A DNA stretch of 61,944 nucleotides. It comes from Burkholderiales bacterium (lineage in GTDB: Bacteria; Pseudomonadota; Gammaproteobacteria; Burkholderiales; JALYOK01). Position numbers and translations under genes: made by a program. Below are positions 58,004-61,944 of this stretch, piece by piece. The stretch covers positions 1-61,944 of the forward strand of contig JBKJHT010000100.1 of the NCBI GenBank assembly GCA_046598945.1, in the 5' to 3' direction. Every line of letters begins with the position of its first letter. The stretch's first letter is position 1. A model generated the notes under the pieces. That model ran no database searches, was not told where the DNA came from, and saw nothing but the letters and a program-made list of their open reading frames with translations.

Positions 58004-59959
58004 ATGGAACATATCGCTGCGGTGTTCGCAGAAACGGGCCCGCTTGCGCAATCGCTGAAGGATTACAAGCCGCGCGCACAGCAAATCGAAATGGCGCAAG
58101 CGATTGCCAATGCCATGGAGACACAACAAGTGCTCATCGCCGAAGCGGGCACGGGAACCGGCAAGACCTTTGCCTATCTCGTACCGGCATTGTTGCTCGG
58201 CGGTAAAGTCATTATCTCTACCGGAACAAAGACACTGCAAGATCAATTGTTCGACCGCGACATCCCAACGGTGCGCAACGCGCTCAAAGTGCCGGTCAAT
58301 ATCGCCTTACTGAAGGGGCGCGCGAACTATATTTGTCACTATTATCTCGAACGCGCGCAACACGAAGGCCGCTTCATGAGCCGCCACGATGTACATTCGT
58401 TGCAGGAGATCGCCGCGTTCGCAAAACGTACCCACAGCGGCGACAAAGCGGAACTCGGCAGCGTTTCGGAAACATCGCCGGTGTGGTCGCAAGTGACTTC
58501 GACGCGCGATAACTGCCTCGGCCAAGAGTGCGCGTTTCACCGCGACTGCTTTGTGCTGAAGGCGCGCAAGGCGGCGCTGGATGCGGACATCGTTGTGGTC
58601 AATCATCATTTGTTTTTTGCCGACGTGATGTTGCGTGACGAAGGGGCGGGGGAGTTATTACCCGCCTGCAACACGGTGATTTTTGACGAGGCCCATCAGT
58701 TGCCGGAAGTGGCAACGTTGTTCTTCGGCGAGAGCGTATCGACGGCGCAGTTGCTTGAGTTGGCGCGCGACACCCGCGTCGAAGCGCTTGCCGCGGCAAA
58801 GGATTTCGAAGTGTTACCGCAGGCCGCCGATGAGTTAGAAAAAGTGGCGCGGGATCTGCGTTTGGTGTTTCCACCTTTATCCGGGGCAATCTCGCGAATT
58901 CAAGCCAGTGCGTTGCGCCAGCACAAGGAATTCTTGCCAGGCCTGGATCAGTTGATGCAGCGTATTGAGCGGTTCAATGAGATTTTGGGAAGCCAGGCCG
59001 AGCGCGCCGAAGGTTTGAAGAATTGTCATGGGCGCGGCATCGAAATCGCGCAACGCCTGACGCGGTGGCGCGATGAAACCGACACCAATCAAGTGCGCTG
59101 GGCCGAGCTGTATTCACAATCGGTGCAACTCAACGCGGCGCCACTCGAGATCGGTGAAATCTTCCAGCGCCAATTGGCGAGCCATCCGAAGGCTTGGATT
59201 TTTACCTCGGCAACGTTGGCCGTGCGCAATGATTTTCGCCATTATCAAAATGAAATGGGGTTGAACGATGCGGTGACCCATGCCTGGGGCAGTCCGTTCG
59301 CGTTCGAGGAACAGGCGCTGCTCTACGTGCCGCCAAATATGCCGGAGCCCAATTCTTCCGAGTATACGCAAGCCGTCGTGCAGGCCGCGCTGCCGGTGGT
59401 GAAAGCAGCCGGCGGATGTTCATTTCTGCTGTTCACCAGCCTGCGGGCGATGAACGAAGCGCGCGATCGCTTACAGCAATTATTTGCAGAACAGAACCTA
59501 ACCTATCCCGTTCTGGTGCAGGGCGATAGACCCAAAGCGGAATTGCTGTCGCGCTTTCGTGAGTTAGGCAATGCGGTGCTGATCGGCAGTCACAGTTTTT
59601 GGGAAGGTGTGGATGTTAAAGGCGAAGCCTTGTCGGTCGTTGTCATCGATCGCTTGCCGTTTTCGCCGCCGGATGATCCCGTCGTGGCGGCGCGCATCGA
59701 GACGCTGAATAAACAAGGCCGCAGTGCTTTTATGGAGTATCAATTACCCGAGGCGATTATCACCTTGAAGCAAGGCGCCGGGCGTTTGATTCGCGATGAA
59801 ACCGATCGCGGCGTGTTGATGATTTGCGATCCGCGTTTGATTTCGAAAGGCTATGGGAAGCGCATTTGGCAGAGCCTGCCGCCCATGAAGCGCACTCGGG
59901 AGATCACGGAAGTTGAGCAATTTTTACTCGCTCGGAAGCCTAGCGCCGAGGCCGTCTGA
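58004..59959 (+). CDS. yoaA: Fe-S ATP-dependent DNA helicase, DinG/YoaA family
   Basis: AGTGTGKT, four Fe-S cysteines (NYIC; CLGQEC...DC), DEAH, TSAT and QGAGRLIR. Confidence 0.92.
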   Translation: MEHIAAVFAETGPLAQSLKDYKPRAQQIEMAQAIANAMETQQVLIAEAGTGTGKTFAYLVPALLLGGKVIISTGTKTLQDQLFDRDIPTVRNALKVPVNIALLKGRANYICHYYLERAQHEGRFMSRHDVHSLQEIAAFAKRTHSGDKAELGSVSETSPVWSQVTSTRDNCLGQECAFHRDCFVLKARKAALDADIVVVNHHLFFADVMLRDEGAGELLPACNTVIFDEAHQLPEVATLFFGESVSTAQLLELARDTRVEALAAAKDFEVLPQAADELEKVARDLRLVFPPLSGAISRIQASALRQHKEFLPGLDQLMQRIERFNEILGSQAERAEGLKNCHGRGIEIAQRLTRWRDETDTNQVRWAELYSQSVQLNAAPLEIGEIFQRQLASHPKAWIFTSATLAVRNDFRHYQNEMGLNDAVTHAWGSPFAFEEQALLYVPPNMPEPNSSEYTQAVVQAALPVVKAAGGCSFLLFTSLRAMNEARDRLQQLFAEQNLTYPVLVQGDRPKAELLSRFRELGNAVLIGSHSFWEGVDVKGEALSVVVIDRLPFSPPDDPVVAARIETLNKQGRSAFMEYQLPEAIITLKQGAGRLIRDETDRGVLMICDPRLISKGYGKRIWQSLPPMKRTREITEVEQFLLARKPSAEAV

Positions 59960-60426
59960 CCAGCAGAGTATTGGTAGAAGTTTAGATTTGATCTGGCAGA
60001 TTGGGTAGAGGGTAAACGATCGCGAGCGGCAAGTCTCGATCATGGCGCTCACTATTGCAGAGCACAACGCAGCGCAGGTTCGCAGCGTTTACGGTCATTC
60101 AGGTACGGATAGAAAATTCGCGTAAAGCCGACCGACGAGTCAAACGCGGCGCCTGTTAGTTGACGTTCACGTTGGCGCGAGAAATGCCGACACAGGCCAT
60201 ACAACGGGACGAACTTCGACGCAGAAGATGCGCAGACTCGTCTCTTAACTTTAGCCTCACTTCAACATCCACAATCGAATCGCTTCGCGCAGGGCGTCGA
60301 TGATTGCCGCATCATCGGATCAATTAGACACTGTTGCGACAGAAATCAGTTGTACAATTTCATTTACAAAATGACCCAGGTCGCTCCAGTAACTTCAACA
60401 TTGCGCGACCAACCGAAGGAGCCAAA

Positions 60427-61482
60427 ATGTATAGCTATGATGTCGTCGAGTGGGGCAAACCCCTACAGAGGCGTGAGCGGGAGACACCGAAGCCAAGCGG
60501 AACGCAGGTTCTGCTCAAGTTGAAATATTCCGGTGTCTGTCACAGCGACGTGCACATCCGCGACGGTTATTTCGATCTCGGCGGCGGTAAGCGGTTTCAT
60601 ATGAGTGACCGCGGCGTGAATCCACCGGTTACCCTCGGCCATGAACCCTATGGCACGGTGATCGCCGCCGGCCCCGAGGCTGGGGATGCACCGATCGGCC
60701 AAGACCGATTGGTTTGCCCATGGATCGGTTGTGGCGATTGCGTGCGCTGCCACGAGGGACAAGATAACCACTGCATGAAGCAGCGCTACGTCGGCATTCA
60801 ATTGCCTGGCGCCTACGCCGATCATCTGCTGATTCCCCATCCACGCTATTTGATCGATGCCAGCGGCATCGATCCGGCTTGGGCGGCGACGTTATCCTGT
60901 TCCGGATTGACGACTTACTCCGCGGTACGACAATTGGCGCCCATTCCGCCCGACGAATGGGTTGCGGTCATGGGGGCCGGTGGACTGGGCCTAGCCGCGA
61001 TCAGCGTGCTGCGCGCGCTTGGGCATGAACGGATCATCGCGGTGGACATCGATCCGGCAAAGTTCGACGCGGCGCAGGCCGCTGGGGCCGCGGCAACGGT
61101 GAACGGGCGCGACGCGCAGGCAGCGGAGCAAATCCGCGCGGTTGCCGGCGGGCCGATTTATGGCTTGGTTGATTTGGTTGCGTCAAGCGATACGGCGAAT
61201 CTGTCTCTGGCGGTGCTGCGCAAGGGCGGCAAGTTAATTGTGGTCGGCCTGTACGGCGGGGAAATTCCGGTATCGCTGGTTGTGTTGGTACAGCGCGCGC
61301 TCATGCTGCAAGGCTCGAATGTCGGCACCGTCGCGGAGTTGAAAGAGCTGGTCGAACTGGCACGCGCCGGCAAGCTTAAACCGATACCCATCGAGAAGCG
61401 CTCGCTCGCCGATGTCAGCCGCACGCTTGATCAACTTAAGGCCGGTGAAATTCGCGGCCGCGTGGTGATCGAGATTCCGTAA
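60427..61482 (+). CDS. Zinc-dependent alcohol dehydrogenase (MDR family)
   Basis: CHSD, GHE, CGDCVRC..C and GAGGLG; AAGGAG RBS before ATG 60427. Confidence 0.92.
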   Translation: MYSYDVVEWGKPLQRRERETPKPSGTQVLLKLKYSGVCHSDVHIRDGYFDLGGGKRFHMSDRGVNPPVTLGHEPYGTVIAAGPEAGDAPIGQDRLVCPWIGCGDCVRCHEGQDNHCMKQRYVGIQLPGAYADHLLIPHPRYLIDASGIDPAWAATLSCSGLTTYSAVRQLAPIPPDEWVAVMGAGGLGLAAISVLRALGHERIIAVDIDPAKFDAAQAAGAAATVNGRDAQAAEQIRAVAGGPIYGLVDLVASSDTANLSLAVLRKGGKLIVVGLYGGEIPVSLVVLVQRALMLQGSNVGTVAELKELVELARAGKLKPIPIEKRSLADVSRTLDQLKAGEIRGRVVIEIP

Positions 61483-61722
61483 CGTGAGGGCGGCGAATTG
61501 GTGATTCGGCTACCATCGGCGTTTGAAACCGTCCGGGCACGCCGAACTACTGAGTTAAAGATGGGATTCCGTGGTTACGAACGAACACTGGTCGTTCCAA
61601 AGACATTTCCGCATTACGAAGGCGACCCTGTACTGCCGGTGGTATAGGTCTGCTGTTCGGCGCTCCACTGGCTGATCTTTGTGCGACACTAGCAGTCCTA
61701 ACTTGACCGTACGATTAGAGAG

Positions 61723-61944
61723 ATGACTGATACCACGACCTACACGCCCCCAAAAGTCTGGGCCTGGAACAAAGAAAACGGTGGGAAATTCGCCAATATC
61801 AATCGTCCCATTGCCGGTGCGACCCATGACCAGGATCTCCCGGTCGGCGGCCATCCGCTTCAGCTCTATTCGTTGGCGACACCGAATGGCGTCAAGGTCA
61901 CGGTGATGCTGGAAGAACTGCTTGCGCTCGGCCACAGCGGCGCC
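61723..61944 (+). CDS. yghU: Glutathione-dependent disulfide-bond oxidoreductase (GST-like), partial (not in ORF track)
   Basis: Manual translation MTDTTTYTPPKVWAW...FANINRPIAGATHD...LQLYSLATPNGVKVTVMLEELL, open to the window end. Confidence 0.92.
   Translation, partial: MTDTTTYTPPKVWAWNKENGGKFANINRPIAGATHDQDLPVGGHPLQLYSLATPNGVKVTVMLEELLALGHSGA

Noticed and set aside
59960-60426. Long spacer checked for tRNA, attC, IS ends or a gene remnant
   Set aside because: No cloverleaf, paired attC boxes or terminal IRs found by eye; only a short CGATGAT/ATCATCG hairpin. An Rfam or BLASTX search could still reveal something.
61555-61935. 126-aa minus-strand ORF
   Set aside because: Antisense to the clearly recognisable yghU start at 61723.

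Overview
Chromosomal window of a betaproteobacterium, inferred from gene content and sequence style (lpx/bam genes, glcDEF, pqq cluster). The core is the rpsB-tsf-pyrH-frr-uppS-cdsA-dxr-rseP-bamA-skp-lpxD-fabZ-lpxA-lpxB superoperon, followed here by miaA rather than rnhB. Other blocks are an acyl-CoA catabolic cluster, a Sel1 protein/subtilase lipoprotein/PrcB-like lipoprotein locus, an amidohydrolase with a small Cys-rich partner, glcDEF-xseA, yafS-rnhA-dnaQ, mobB-moaDE, a PQQ operon with a divergent MoxY/MoxX-like two-component system, and an S9 peptidase-thermonuclease-YoaA helicase run. Four genes are missing from the ORF track: two tandem pqqA copies encoding an identical 23-aa peptide, a partial trypsin-like gene at the left edge and a partial yghU at the right edge. 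The best candidate for a little-described system is a translationally coupled triplet: TonB-dependent receptor, periplasmic binding-protein-like gene, and a BarA/GacS-type sensor fused to HAMP-GGDEF-EAL, which could relay signals across the envelope to c-di-GMP. Intergenic DNA holds a 141-bp IS5-type MITE with a TTAG target duplication, three kinds of REP-like palindromes, and a mosaic GCATGGCC/TAGG repeat family. One copy of that family supplies the MiaA C-terminus and several sit at apparent synteny breaks. No rRNA, tRNA, CRISPR array, transposase or prophage was seen. All calls come from motif recognition by eye; no database searches were run.
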